Positions 1-12,019 of a stretch of DNA of 17,647 nucleotides are shown here, piece after piece. The stretch lies in contig NW_021823766.1 of assembly GCF_006345805.1 (NCBI RefSeq), positions 1-17,647 of the forward strand. The letters run 5' to 3'. Position 1 is the stretch's first letter. Every line of letters begins with the position of its first letter. The notes below the pieces were generated by a model, which was not told the origin of the DNA, made no database searches, and was given only the letters and a program-made list of their open reading frames with translations. This DNA comes from Octopus sinensis (lineage: Eukaryota). The position numbers were made by a program, and so were the translations under genes.

Positions 1-720
1 GGTATTGAGTCACTTTTGATGATATTGAGCAAGTCCTAATGGTACTGGGTCAGCTCTGATGGTATTGAGCGAGTCCTGGTGGTATTAGGTTATTTTCAAG
101 ATTTCCTTATCGAAACAGGCTTAATGGTATTGATTCACTCCTGGTGGTATAATAGAAGTTAATCATTCCTAATAGTATAGGGTGAGTCATGATAGTAGTA
201 TCGAGTCAGTCTTGTTAGTGTGGAATGAGTCCTGGTGATATTGAGTCACGCCTGATGGTATTGAGTGAGTCTTGACTGCATCGAGTCATGTATGATGGTA
301 TTGAATGAGCTCTGATTGTATTGAGTCACATATCATGGCATTGTATGAGTCTTGATTGTATTGAGTCACGTCTAATTCTATTGAGTGAGATCTGATATTA
401 ACGAGTCACATGTGATGGTATTGAGTGAGTCTTGGTTTATCGAGTCACGTTTGATTATATTTAGTGAGTCCTGATATTATTGAGTCACAGCTGATGGTAT
501 TGAGTTAGTACTGGTTGCATCGAGCCACGTCTGAATGTATCGAGTCACCGCTGATGGTATCGTATAAGTTCTAATAGTATTCAACCAGCCCTAATGATGT
601 TGAGTGTGTCCTGGTAGTATTGTCTTAGTCCTGTTGCTATGGAGTCAGTCTTGAAGTTAAGTAACTGCCAGTGGTATGGAGCCAGTTCTGATGGTATTGT
701 ACCTGGTCCATTCCCTGAAT
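1..720. repeat. Degenerate 20-bp satellite (approx. GGTATTGAGTSASKYCTGAT) with an alternating two-monomer (40-bp) pattern
   Basis: GTATTGAGT/GTATCGAGT recurs every ~20 nt. From ~240 to 520 monomers alternate GAGTCAC and GAGTGAG. Runs off the left edge. Confidence 0.85.
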
Positions 721-2200
721 AGCGCCAGTCTTATAAGTCCTAATGGTATAAATACCTTCGAATGGTTTTAAAGACCAAATATCGAAAGAGTTCTGTTGTT
801 CTGATCTCTATTTCTTGGAAAATTCTCAGGGAATATGAACGAAACTATTAAAGATAGATCGGATTCTATGGTTCAGTTTGTATTGTAGTGTCCAGTTGTT
901 TAAAAAGCTGTACTGGTTTGAATTAGTTCTAAAGGTTTAAGAATCTCTAGGACACCGATAATGGTATTGATTTTGACTATGAAGACGATAAAATTAATTT
1001 TTGAAAAGAGAGTATAATATATGTCTCGTGCGACAAAGTTATATAAACAATTCCAATGGTATGACTCATGGCATTAACGTCTGAGAAGAATTCATGGGTT
1101 TTGTTTGGATGGTTTTGGATGTCGTGGCTAATCTAGGCAAAACTTATTACTGTTGTCACTCAATTCTAAAAAAAAAGTCAAAAACCAAACAGGACGTGCA
1201 TTTGAACAATTGCGGTGGTATTTCGAATTACACAGTTTAGTTACAAAGTTGTTTATTTAGTCAGCGTTAGTAGTATAGCTAAGTTCCAATTATATAATTA
1301 ATGCCGGTGGTATTATATATTTTCTTTGGTATACCGTTTGCCGTTGTCTAAATTCTAGTTTCAGTGACTTAGAAGTTTCAAAGATATGGCTTAGTTATGT
1401 AAAATACAACGATGGTTTGGTATAACATTTCTGGATGATATGTTTGAACAATTTAAAACATACATTCTAAATTCTGCGGGTGGCTTTGGATATTTTCATG
1501 GCTTCATTTCATTGGAATGGTTCAGTTATCTAAAATACACCATTTGTGTTGTCTATACTCTCCAGATGGTATGCCCTGTTCCAGTGGTATACCTCCGTTA
1601 TCAAGATATGGTCCCGTTAGCTAATCTGTATCGATGGCATACTCAAACTGCCAAGATGGTATGGGTTATTTTCAATAATATATTATTGAAGGTATGACCC
1701 AGTTATTTAAAATACAATGTTGGTTTTGCGAAAACTGCCCGGATGGCAAGGATTAGTTTCAGTGACAGAGCTCAGACTCGATGGTATGGCTCAGTTCTCT
1801 AAAGTCTCGATGGTATAGTCTAAACTCTCCGAATGGTGGTGTGCATATGTTTGAGAGTGATTGCTCAATTTCGATGGAATGGCCCAACAATCAACCGATG
1901 GAACGAACTAAACTTTCCGGTTGGTATGGTATAATTCAGTGTTATTGCTTAGTTTCATTGGTATGGCTAAGCTACACGATATCGAAAGTGTGGCCTAGAT
2001 TGTCCGAATGGTATGGCTTTTCCCAGGGTCTATGGAATGGTTCCATTTCCAAAATACGACTCAGTTAACTATAATATATCGATCGTATGGTTTGAACTTC
2101 CTGGATGGAATGTACAAAGTTTAGATTGTTTAAGACACTTTAAATGACATCTACTAATGTTAGCTTTTCTGACTCACTTCAAACAGTTTCAATGGTATCT
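720..2200. repeat. Highly eroded tandem-repeat region with recurrent GATGGTATGG / CAGTTAT.TAAAATAC motifs
   Basis: Motifs recur at irregular spacing (AAAATAC near 1401, 1532, 1710, 2051). No clean period by eye. Confidence 0.45.
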
Positions 2201-2337
2201 TACAGATACAATTGCATGACCCAATCGTCCAAATAAGAGCGATGTTACCCGCTTAAATTGCAGTACTGTTGGTCACCTAACCGAGCAACTCCAGTACAGA
2301 CGATGCGGTCGAAAACCACGCGACCTGACGGCACGAC

Positions 2338-2502
2338 TCAGTTCTCCGATATGACCTCGTCTATCCACTCTAGATAAGACGAGACTCGAGTGTTGACGGC
2401 TGGGTAGTCCCCGCTGCACGTGCTGATGCCCCATGAGATGACGCCTGCTAACCTCCATGTGTCATTGCCGTCCCTACATGCCAACGAGCCTCCACTGTCA
2501 CC
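2338..2502 (-). CDS. S1A protease terminal exon with catalytic Ser195: [54 protein letters not shown]
   Basis: Acceptor ttttgttttccctcgtag|GGT GAC AGT GGA GGC; TGA stop at 2340-2338; GC-rich island in AT-rich surroundings. Confidence 0.97.
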   Translation of the reverse strand, partial: GDSGGSLACRDGNDTWRLAGVISWGISTCSGDYPAVNTRVSSYLEWIDEVISEN

Positions 2503-2881
2503 CTACGAGGGAAAACAAAATCACAGCATTACTATTTTTATTTTTATTATCATTATTATTATTATTAATTATTATTATTATTATTATTATTATTTTATTA
2601 TATATTATTATTATTATTATATATCTTATTATTATTATGATTTTATTTATTTTTTATTATTTTTTTTATTAAGGCGACGAAGAGGCAGAATTGTCAGTAC
2701 GCCGAGCAAATTGATTAGCGGCATTTCGTCTGTCTGTAAGTTTTGAGTTCAAATTCTACCGAAGTCAGCTTTACCTTTCATCCTTTCGCAGGTTAATGAA
2801 ATAAGTACCAGTTACGTACTAGGGCCGATCTAATCGATTAACATCTTCCCTGAAATGTTAGGCATCGTGCCCTCAGGATTA

Positions 2882-2924
<43 letters not shown>

Positions 2925-5900
2925 CATTATTATTATTATTATTATTATTAGTGAGTGAGTGAGTGAGAGAGCAGTGCATGCCATCAAAGTGACACTGCGG
3001 TACAAATATACGAAGCCCAATATACCCATCATGACTACTTGTCTCATAAGGGTACACCAGGCACATGCATCACAACCATAAGTCCGCAACATGGTGATAT
3101 TATATTAAGATAAGCCACACATGACCTTACAGGTGGGGGTCCAGTTAGAATTTTCTTCAGTCGAGTACCCCCTCCTGCTCAAAGGGTCTCCGAATAAGAT
3201 TTGTAGAAGGATGAGGAACGAGTACACCCGAGCGTGTTCCAGGTGTGAATTATTCCAGGGATGAATTATTCAAACTCCAAAGCATCCCTCTCATCACATG
3301 GCTGTGATGCTCTCCCACGTCTCCGGCTCGTGATCAGGGATGTGCATATTATCAATCCCTCGGGGACATACTCAAACGGTTAAGCTGCTAAGCATTTTCT
3401 CCAAAGCGTTCACGATTGTCAGCACGCCGCCTTGTAGTGAAGGCGCGTGGCTTAGCGGTTAGGGGCATTCGGTTCATGATCGTAAGGTTGTGAGTTCAAT
3501 TCCCGGCGACGCGTTGCGTCCTTGAGCAAGACACTTTATTTCACGTTGCTCCAGTCCACTCAACTGGCAAAAATGAGCACGCCGCCTTGTAACACACACA
3601 CACACACATACACACATACACACGCACATACACACATACACACATACACACACATATACACACACACACAATACACACACACATAAACACATACGCACAC
3701 ACACACGTACGCACACACGCACACACACACACATACATACACACACATACACACACACACATACACAACACACACACACACACACAAATACACACACAAT
3801 CCAAATGATAATACAAAGAAATTCTTTAACGCATCTTTGCAAAATTCCAAGTGACCCTTTACGTAGAATTAGCGATTTTAGACATTGGAGTGACACTTCA
3901 TCGGACTTGCCACAAAGTGGCTGAGTACTCCGCAGACACGCGTACCCTGAACATGGTTCTTAGGGAGATTCAGTGTAATACAGAATGTGACAAGGCTGGC
4001 CCTTTTGAATTACAGGTACAACTTAGTTTTGCCAGCTGAGTGGACTTGGAGCAACGGGAGGTAGAGTGTCTTGCTCAAGGACACAGCGCGCGGTCGGGAG
4101 TCGAACTCAGGACCTTAGGATCGTGGACCGAATGCCCTAACCACTAAGCCACGTGAGAAAGAGAAAGGGAAGGAGAGAGAGGGAAGGAGAAGAGGGGGAA
4201 GAGGGAGAGAGGGAGAGAGAGTGGGAGGAAGAGTTGAGAGAGAGAGAGAGAAAGAGAGAGAAAGACAGAGAGATAGAGAGAGGAAGGGAAAGAGTGAGGG
4301 GGAGAGGGAGAGAGAGGGAGGAAGAGTTGAAAGAGAAAGAGAGAGAGAAAAAGAGAGATAGAGAAAGAGAAAGAGAGGAAAAGAGAGAGAGGAGAGAGAG
4401 GGAGGAAGAGAGAGAGAAGAAGAGTTGAGAGAGAAAATGAGAGATAGGGATAGAGAAAGAGAGGAAGAGAGAAAGAGGAGAGAGAGGGAGAGAGTTGAGA
4501 CAGAGAGAGAAAGAGAGAGAAAGAAAAAGAGAGACAGACAGAGAGAGAGGGAAGGAGAGAGGAGGAGAGGAAGGTGAAAACTTACGTTGCAAGGGGAGCT
4601 GGCCAGTTTGTATACGCAGAGGTGAGATTCTAGAATTTCGATGAATGACCAGCGTTCAGCACATTCCTCGTTGGTGATGGCCGTTATATTGGCTTCCTGC
4701 AGGACGTTAGGGATGACACTTGCTGCACCTGCGGATCACCGGAAACGGAAGTGTAAACACACACACACACACACAAGAAAAAAAAAAGAAAGATCGAAGT
4801 TATTCTTAAAATTATGTTTTGTCTAAAACAGTTGTTGATGTTGTTGCTTGTTTGTTTGTTGGTTTGTTGATGTTGTTTATTCTGTTGTTGTTATTGTTGT
4901 TATTGTTTTTCCTATTGTTGCTGTTGTTGTCGTCTTCTCCCCTCCTGTGACGTGTTGAGTATATGTTGAGTATTTTGCGTTGAGTGTAACATGTTGAGTG
5001 GGGGCGTATTGAGTGTAGCATGTTGAGTGTGGTGTGCTGAGTGGAATGTGTTAAGTGTGGCATGTTGCGTATGTTGCATTGAGCGTGACATGTTGAGTAG
5101 TGTGTATTGAGTGTAGCATGTTGAGTGTGGTGTGCTGAGTGGAATGTGTTGAGTGTGGCATGTTGCGTATGTTGCATTGAGCGTGACATGTTGAGTAGGG
5201 TGTATTGAGTGTAGCATGCTGAGTGTGGTGTGCTGAGTGGAATGTGTTGAGTGTGGCATGTTGCGTATGTTGCATTGAGCGTGACATGTTGAGTAGGGTG
5301 TATTGAGTGTATCATGCTGAGTGGTGTTGGCTGAGTGGAATGTGTTGAGTGTGGCATGTTGCGTATGTTGCATTGAGCGTGACATGTTGAGTAGGGTGTA
5401 TTGAGTGTAGCATGCTGAGTGTGGTGTGCTGAGTGGAATGTGTTGAGTGTGGCATGTTGCGTAATGTGCATTGAGCGTGACATGTTGAGTAGGGTGTATT
5501 GAGTGTAGCATGCTGAGTGTGGTGTGCTGAGTGGAATGTGTTGAGTGTGGCATGTTGTCCATGTTGCATTGAGCGTGACATGTTGAGTAGGGTGTATTGA
5601 GTGTAGCATGCTGAGTGTGGTGTGCTGAGTGGAATGTGTTGAGTGTGGCATGTTGCGTATGTTGCATTGAGCGTGACATGTTGAGTAGGGTGTATTGAGT
5701 GTAGCATGTTGAGTGTGGTGTGCTGAGTGGAATGTGTTGAGTGTGGCATGTTGCGTATGTTGCATTGAGCGTGACATGTTGAGTAGGGTGTATTGAGTGT
5801 AGCATGCTGAGTGTGGTGTGCTGAGTGGAATGTGTTGAGTGTGGCATGTTGCGTATGTTGCATTGAGCGTGACATGTTGAGTAGGGTGTATTGAGTGTAG

Positions 5901-7728
5901 CATGCTGAGTGTGGTGTGCTGAGTGGAATGTGTTGAGTGTGGCATGTTGCGTATGTTGCATTGAGCGTGACATGTTGAGTAGGGTGTATTGAGTGTAGCA
6001 TGCTGAGTGTGGTGTGCTGAGTGGAATGTGTTGAGTGTGGCATGTTGCGCATGTTGCATTGAGCGTGACATGTTGAGTAGTGTGTATTGAGTGTAGCATG
6101 CTGAGTGTGGTGTGCTGAGTGGAATGTGTTGAGTGTGGCATGTTGCGTATGTTGCATTGAGCGTGACATGTTGAGTAGGGTGTATTGAGTGTAGCATGTT
6201 GAGTGTGGTGTGCTGAGTGGAATGTGTTGAGTGTGGCATGTTGCGTATGTTGCATTGAGCGTGACATGTTGAGTAGGGTGTTTGAGTGTAGCATGCTGAG
6301 TGTGGTGTGCTGAGTGGAATTGTTGAGTGTGGCATGTTGCGTATGTTGCATTGAGCGTGACATGTTGAGTAGGGTGTATTGAGTGTAGCATGTTGATGTG
6401 GTGTGCTGAGTGGAACGTGTTGAGTGTGGCATGTTGCGTATGTTGCATTGAGCGTGACATGTTGAGTAGGGTGTATTGAGTGTAGCATGCTGAGTGTGGT
6501 GTGCTGAGTGGAATGTGTTGAGTGTGGCATGTTGCGTATGTTGCATTGAGCGTGACATGTTGAGTAGGGTGTATTGAGTGTAGCATGTTGAGTGTGGTGT
6601 GCTGAGTGGAATGTGTTAAGTGTGGCATGTTGCGTATGTTGCATTGAGCGTGACATGTTGAGTAGGGTGTATTGAGTGTAGCATGTTGAGTGTGGTGTGC
6701 TGAGTGGAATGTGTTGAGTGTGGCATGTTGCGTATGTTGCATTGAGCGTGACATGTTGAGTAGGGTGTATTGAGTGTAGCATGTTGAGTGTGGTGTGCTG
6801 AGTGGAATGTGTTAAGTGTGGCATGTTGCGTATGTTGCATTGAGCGTGACATGTTGAGTAGGGTGTATTGAGTGTAGCATGTTGAGTGTGGTGTGCTGAG
6901 TGGAATGTGTTGAGTGTGGCATGTTGCGTATGTTGCATTGAGCGTGACATGTTGAGTAGGGTGTATTGAGTGTAGCATGCTGAGTGTGACGTGTTGAGTG
7001 TGATGTGTCGAGTGTGACATGTTGAGGGTAGTTTGCAGAGTGTGGTATCTTGAGTGTAGTGTATTGAGTGTGACGTTTTGAGTATGGTGTGTTGAATGTG
7101 GCATGTTGAGTGTGGATTGTTGAATTTTGAGTGTGGTGTGTGGTGGTGGTGGTGGTGGTGGAAGTGCAGGAAGAAGGGTGGGTAAATAAGTTTTGTATTC
7201 CAGGAAATGATAATGTTTAATGAAATGGCGAAATTATGGGAGAGGTCGACTAAGATCTCTTTCTCTCTCCCTCTCTCATCCCCCCTCTCTCACCCTCTCT
7301 TTCTCCGTCTTTCTCTTTTTACACAATACACACACACACACACACATAGAAACAAATACACTTACACACACACACACACACAAAGATACATGTATACACA
7401 CTCACACATACATATCCATACACACACATAAACAAACAATATACACATACACATCACGCACACTACACATACATTCACTCACACACACACGCACGCACAG
7501 CACACACAAAGACACATATACACATTCACCACGCACACCACATATATGTATATATATATATATATATACATATATTATATATATATGTGTATATATATAT
7601 AATATTATATATATATATATGTATAGGCTTAGATACCTATGCACATGCACACCACAAATACACATACACAATCACACATAAATATACATACACACGCACA
7701 CACGCATACAAACAAACAAACAAACATA

Positions 7729-7765
<37 letters not shown>

Positions 7766-10464
7766 CACACACACACATATATATATATATACGTAGACAC
7801 ACATACCCTTCACACAAATACATATACATAACAATCACGCATACATATCCATACACACACACGCACACAAACGTACATTCACTCACACACACACACGCGC
7901 ACACACGCACACACACACATATATACGTAGACACACATACACACAAATACACATATATACACAATCACGCATACATATCCATACACACACACACACACAC
8001 ATACTTCCTTTACACTAACGCCAGTGAATCAGCATTGTTTAGACATCACGTTTCGAGAAGCGGGCCGCATGAGACACAGCTCAGTATCAGGCGGGCCGCA
8101 CTACTAAAAAGATTCAAAGTAATGTTTCGTTAGACGTGTTATTCAGAAAGCTCCTCGGGCCGCACGATGGCCACGGGTGAGCCTGACACTCGCACCTACG
8201 ATATATATATATATATGTATGTATGTATGTATGTATTTCGCCGATTAATTTGCAGGGAAAAGAAGCAAAACGGAAGGGAGTTTGGATCTGCAAGAAATTG
8301 TTTTTGTCTTTACAAAAAGTGAAGAAAATCGTTGAGAAATGGGAATCTGGAGACATGTGTGTGTGTGAGAGAGAGGGGGAGGGAGGGAGTGAGGGAGAGA
8401 AAGGGAGAGGAGAGAGAAAGAAAGGTACAGAGAGAGAGAGAGAGAGAGAGAGAGGATAAAAGGGAGAAAGAAGATAAGAGAGAGAAAATGAGAGAGAGAA
8501 AGGGAGGGAGAGAAGGAGAGAAAGGGGGCAAGGAGAAAGAGACTTGACAACCGATGGTGGAGTGTTTACGTCCCCGTAACTTAGCGGTTCGGCAAAAGGC
8601 ACCCATAGAATAAGTACTAGGCTTACAAAGAATAAGTCCTGGGGTCGATTTGCTCGACTAAAGGCGGTGCTCCAGCTTGGCCGCTGTCAAATGACTAAAA
8701 CAAGTAAAAGAGTAATGTAAATGATGTAAATATTGTGCTGGTACTTACTTTATGAATGCAATCGCCTCCTACCTCCCAACATAATCGCCTCCTACCTCCC
8801 AGCATGATCGCCTCCAACCTCCCAGCATGATCGCCTCCTACCTCTCAGCATTACCGCCTCCTACCTCCCAACATAATCGCCTCCTACCTCCCAACATAAT
8901 CGCCTCCTACCTCCCAACATAATCGCCTCCTACCTCCCAACATAATCGCCTCCTACCCCCCAACATAATCGCCTCCTACCTCCCTACATAATCGCCTCCT
9001 ACCTCCCAACATAATCGCCTCCTCCCAACATAACGCCTCCTACCTCCCTACATAATCGCCTCCTACCTCCCAGCATAATCGCCTCCTACCTCCCAACATA
9101 ATCGCCTCCTACCTCCCAGCATAATCGCCTCCTACCTCCCAACATAATCGCCTCCTACCTCCCAACATAATCGCCTCCTACCTCCCTACATAATCGCCTC
9201 CTACCTCCCAACATAATCGCCTCCTACCTCCCAGCATAATCGCCTCCTACCTCCCTACATAATCGCCTCCTACCTCCCATCATAATCGCCTCCTACCTCC
9301 CAACATAATCGCCTCCTACCTCCCAACATAATCGCCTCCTACCTCCCTACATAATCGCCTCCTACCTCCCAACATAATCGCCTCCTACCTCCCAACATAA
9401 TCGCCTCCTACCTCCCAACATAATCGCCTCCTACCTCCCAGCATAATCGCCTCCTACCTCCCAACATAATCGCCTCCTACCTCCCAGCATAATCACCTCC
9501 TACCTCCCAACATAATCGCCTCCTACCTCCCAGCATAATCGCCTCCTACCTCCCTACATAATCGCCTCCTACCTCCCAATATAATCGCCTCCTACCTCCC
9601 AACATAATCGCCTCCTACCTTCCAGCATAATCGCCTCCTACCTCCCAGCATAATCGCCTCCTACCTCCCAGCATAATCGCCTCCTATCTCCCAGCATAAT
9701 CGCCTCCTACCTTCCAGCATAATCGCCTCCTACCTCCCAACATAATTGCTGGCTTTGTGCTAAAATCAGGAAGAATTACTAAAGTGCAATAGCATTGTTT
9801 TTCTGTTATGTTGCTTATGAATCAGAAGACTATTTATAAATTGTTATCAACCAATTCTCTTTCAATACCATCAACATTAATAATTGTTTAGGCCTACCTA
9901 CACGAGTGTGTTCACTCCCCCACGAATCTGCTCCTCCATAACTTTCAGCAAAATGGATAATTTGTAATGGAATTGTCCACGAATACGCTTCAGATGGTGT
10001 AGATTCCGATTCAGTCACAATTTGTTCTGAAAATCTTTTGGGATCGAGGGGAGAAGAGTTTCGGAAAATTCATATGAGTCGACTTTGTTTCCTCATATCT
10101 TTTAGAAAAATGAGTATCGAAATTCGGGCGCATGCTGCAGCCCCACATTAAAGGGTTTTTATTTAGTCGAAGAAATCGACTCCGGGACTTATTCTTTTCT
10201 AAGCCTAGTACTAATTCTATCGGGTTATTTTGTCGAATTGCTAAGTTACGGGGACGTAAGTTAAGGCTGCTATTGGTTTAATGTTTAAGCGAATTCCCTT
10301 AAGGATTATTAAAGCTATCCTGTGAAACATTGGAGTTCGTCTCCATTTTGTTCGTGTCAAAATGTTGTCGAACCGCAATGTTGAAATAAAAATAAAAATT
10401 ATCCATCAAAGCGGTGTTGAGCACTCTTTCTCGGTGTTCGATGTTAATGTGTGTGTCTGTATGA

Positions 10465-10495
<31 letters not shown>

Positions 10496-10501
10496 TGAGT
10501 G

Positions 10502-10554
<53 letters not shown>

Positions 10555-10830
10555 ATATATATACATATATATATATACAACTATATACATATGTATATAG
10601 GGGAGAATTCACAAAAAATCGAAAGACGGAGACGGGTGGTGTAGTCAACAAACAGATGTATTAGTTTAACGCCCGGGAAGTGAAAAAGTCGTCAACGTTT
10701 CGAGCCTACGCTCTTCTCCACAAAAAGGAGCACTGAAGTAAACAAGGAGATGAAATAATGAATGTGTAGTGGCTAGCGATCTATCATGCATGGCGAATGC
10801 CGGACAGAAGGGTCTCATATGTATATATAC

Positions 10831-10905
<75 letters not shown>

Positions 10906-10975
10906 CATATATATACATATATATATACATATATATACTATATATTACATATATATACATGTATAATATATACAC

Positions 10976-11021
<46 letters not shown>

Positions 11022-11986
11022 GTATATATATATACATGTATATATATAGACATATATATATATATATATTATATATATATATAATATAATATATATAATA
11101 TATATATATTATGTAATATATATATATAGATGTATGTGTATATATATACGTGTGTGTGGTGTATTAAGGCGGCGAGCTGGCAGAATCGTAAGCACGCGGG
11201 GCGAAATGCTTAGCGGTACCGTTACATTCTGAATTCAAATTCCAACCGAAACTGGTAAAGCTATAAATAGTAGGGTTTAAATATAGGTTCAAATAAATCC
11301 TTTTGTATACAAAAAACAAACAAAAAAAAAAGGAGTCGGAGTTTACACGGGGTTCAAAAGAAATATGTCAACAAAAGTTTTGAAAAGAAAACTTGCAGAG
11401 AAATGCCAAGGTGCATAGATAGACAGACAGACAGACAGACAGGTAGAGTGGCAGCTTGGTTAGGTAGGACAGGCAGGAAGTATAAAGAGTATTTCACTCA
11501 CTGTCAGTCAAGCCCCATCCCAGAACCCAGCACTCCCGGTTGACAAAGGTCTCGGTTGAGTTTTCCGGGAGGGCTATGGGAACTACCGCAGGCATGACTT
11601 GAGCCTTCTGCGACAGCTTGACCAGTGCTATGTCGAATGGGTAACCGGAAGTCTCAACGAATTTTGGATGCTGCCAAAAGAAAAAAAGAGAAAAAAAAAA
11701 GAGAATGATAAATAAATTAAGGAAAAAAAAAAAAAGAATCTGGATTGAATAGTTCGTCCATCCTCCTCCTCCTCCTCCTCCTCCTCCTCATCATCATCAT
11801 CCTCCTCCTCCTCCTCCTCCTCCTCATCATCATCATCATCATCATCATCCTCATCATCATCCTCATCATCATCATCATCAACATCATCATCATCCTCATC
11901 ACCATCCTCCTCATCATCATCCTCATAATCATCATCCTCATCATCATCATCATCATCATCCTCCTCATCATCATCATCATCCTCAT

Positions 11987-12019
<33 letters not shown>

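Noticed and set aside
1252-1257. AATAAA on the minus strand as the protease poly(A) signal
   Set aside because: It is the nearest canonical hexamer I saw, but lies ~1.1 kb from the stop in AT-rich sequence. Not supportable without 3'-end data.
2273-2746. ORFs 2273..2458(-), 2420..2746(+), 2457..2672(+)
   Set aside because: They are off-frame or antisense shadows of the real terminal exon, running into the TTA microsatellite.
3441-3510. tRNA gene (A and B boxes), also at 4085-4155 and 13059-13145
   Set aside because: No complete cloverleaf, and the boxes run into SINE bodies shared among copies; these are tRNA-derived SINE heads.
4812-7104. Long His/Thr/Gln-rich ORFs (712, 548, 480 aa)
   Set aside because: They are translations of the 98-bp satellite. 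All three minus frames give the same cyclic peptide, and they lie inside an intron of the protease.
1-7140. Shared GTATTGAGTG between the 20-bp satellite and the 98-bp HOR, suggesting common origin
   Set aside because: Only a 10-nt overlap between low-complexity GT-rich units with different periods; insufficient evidence.
7207-8606. Numerous His/Thr, Cys/Val, Arg/Glu and Ser/Leu-rich ORFs here and elsewhere in the track
   Set aside because: All are dinucleotide or tetranucleotide microsatellite translations.
8759-9745. CRISPR-like regular repeat
   Set aside because: Units are head-to-tail with no unique spacers, the context is eukaryotic, and there are no cas genes.
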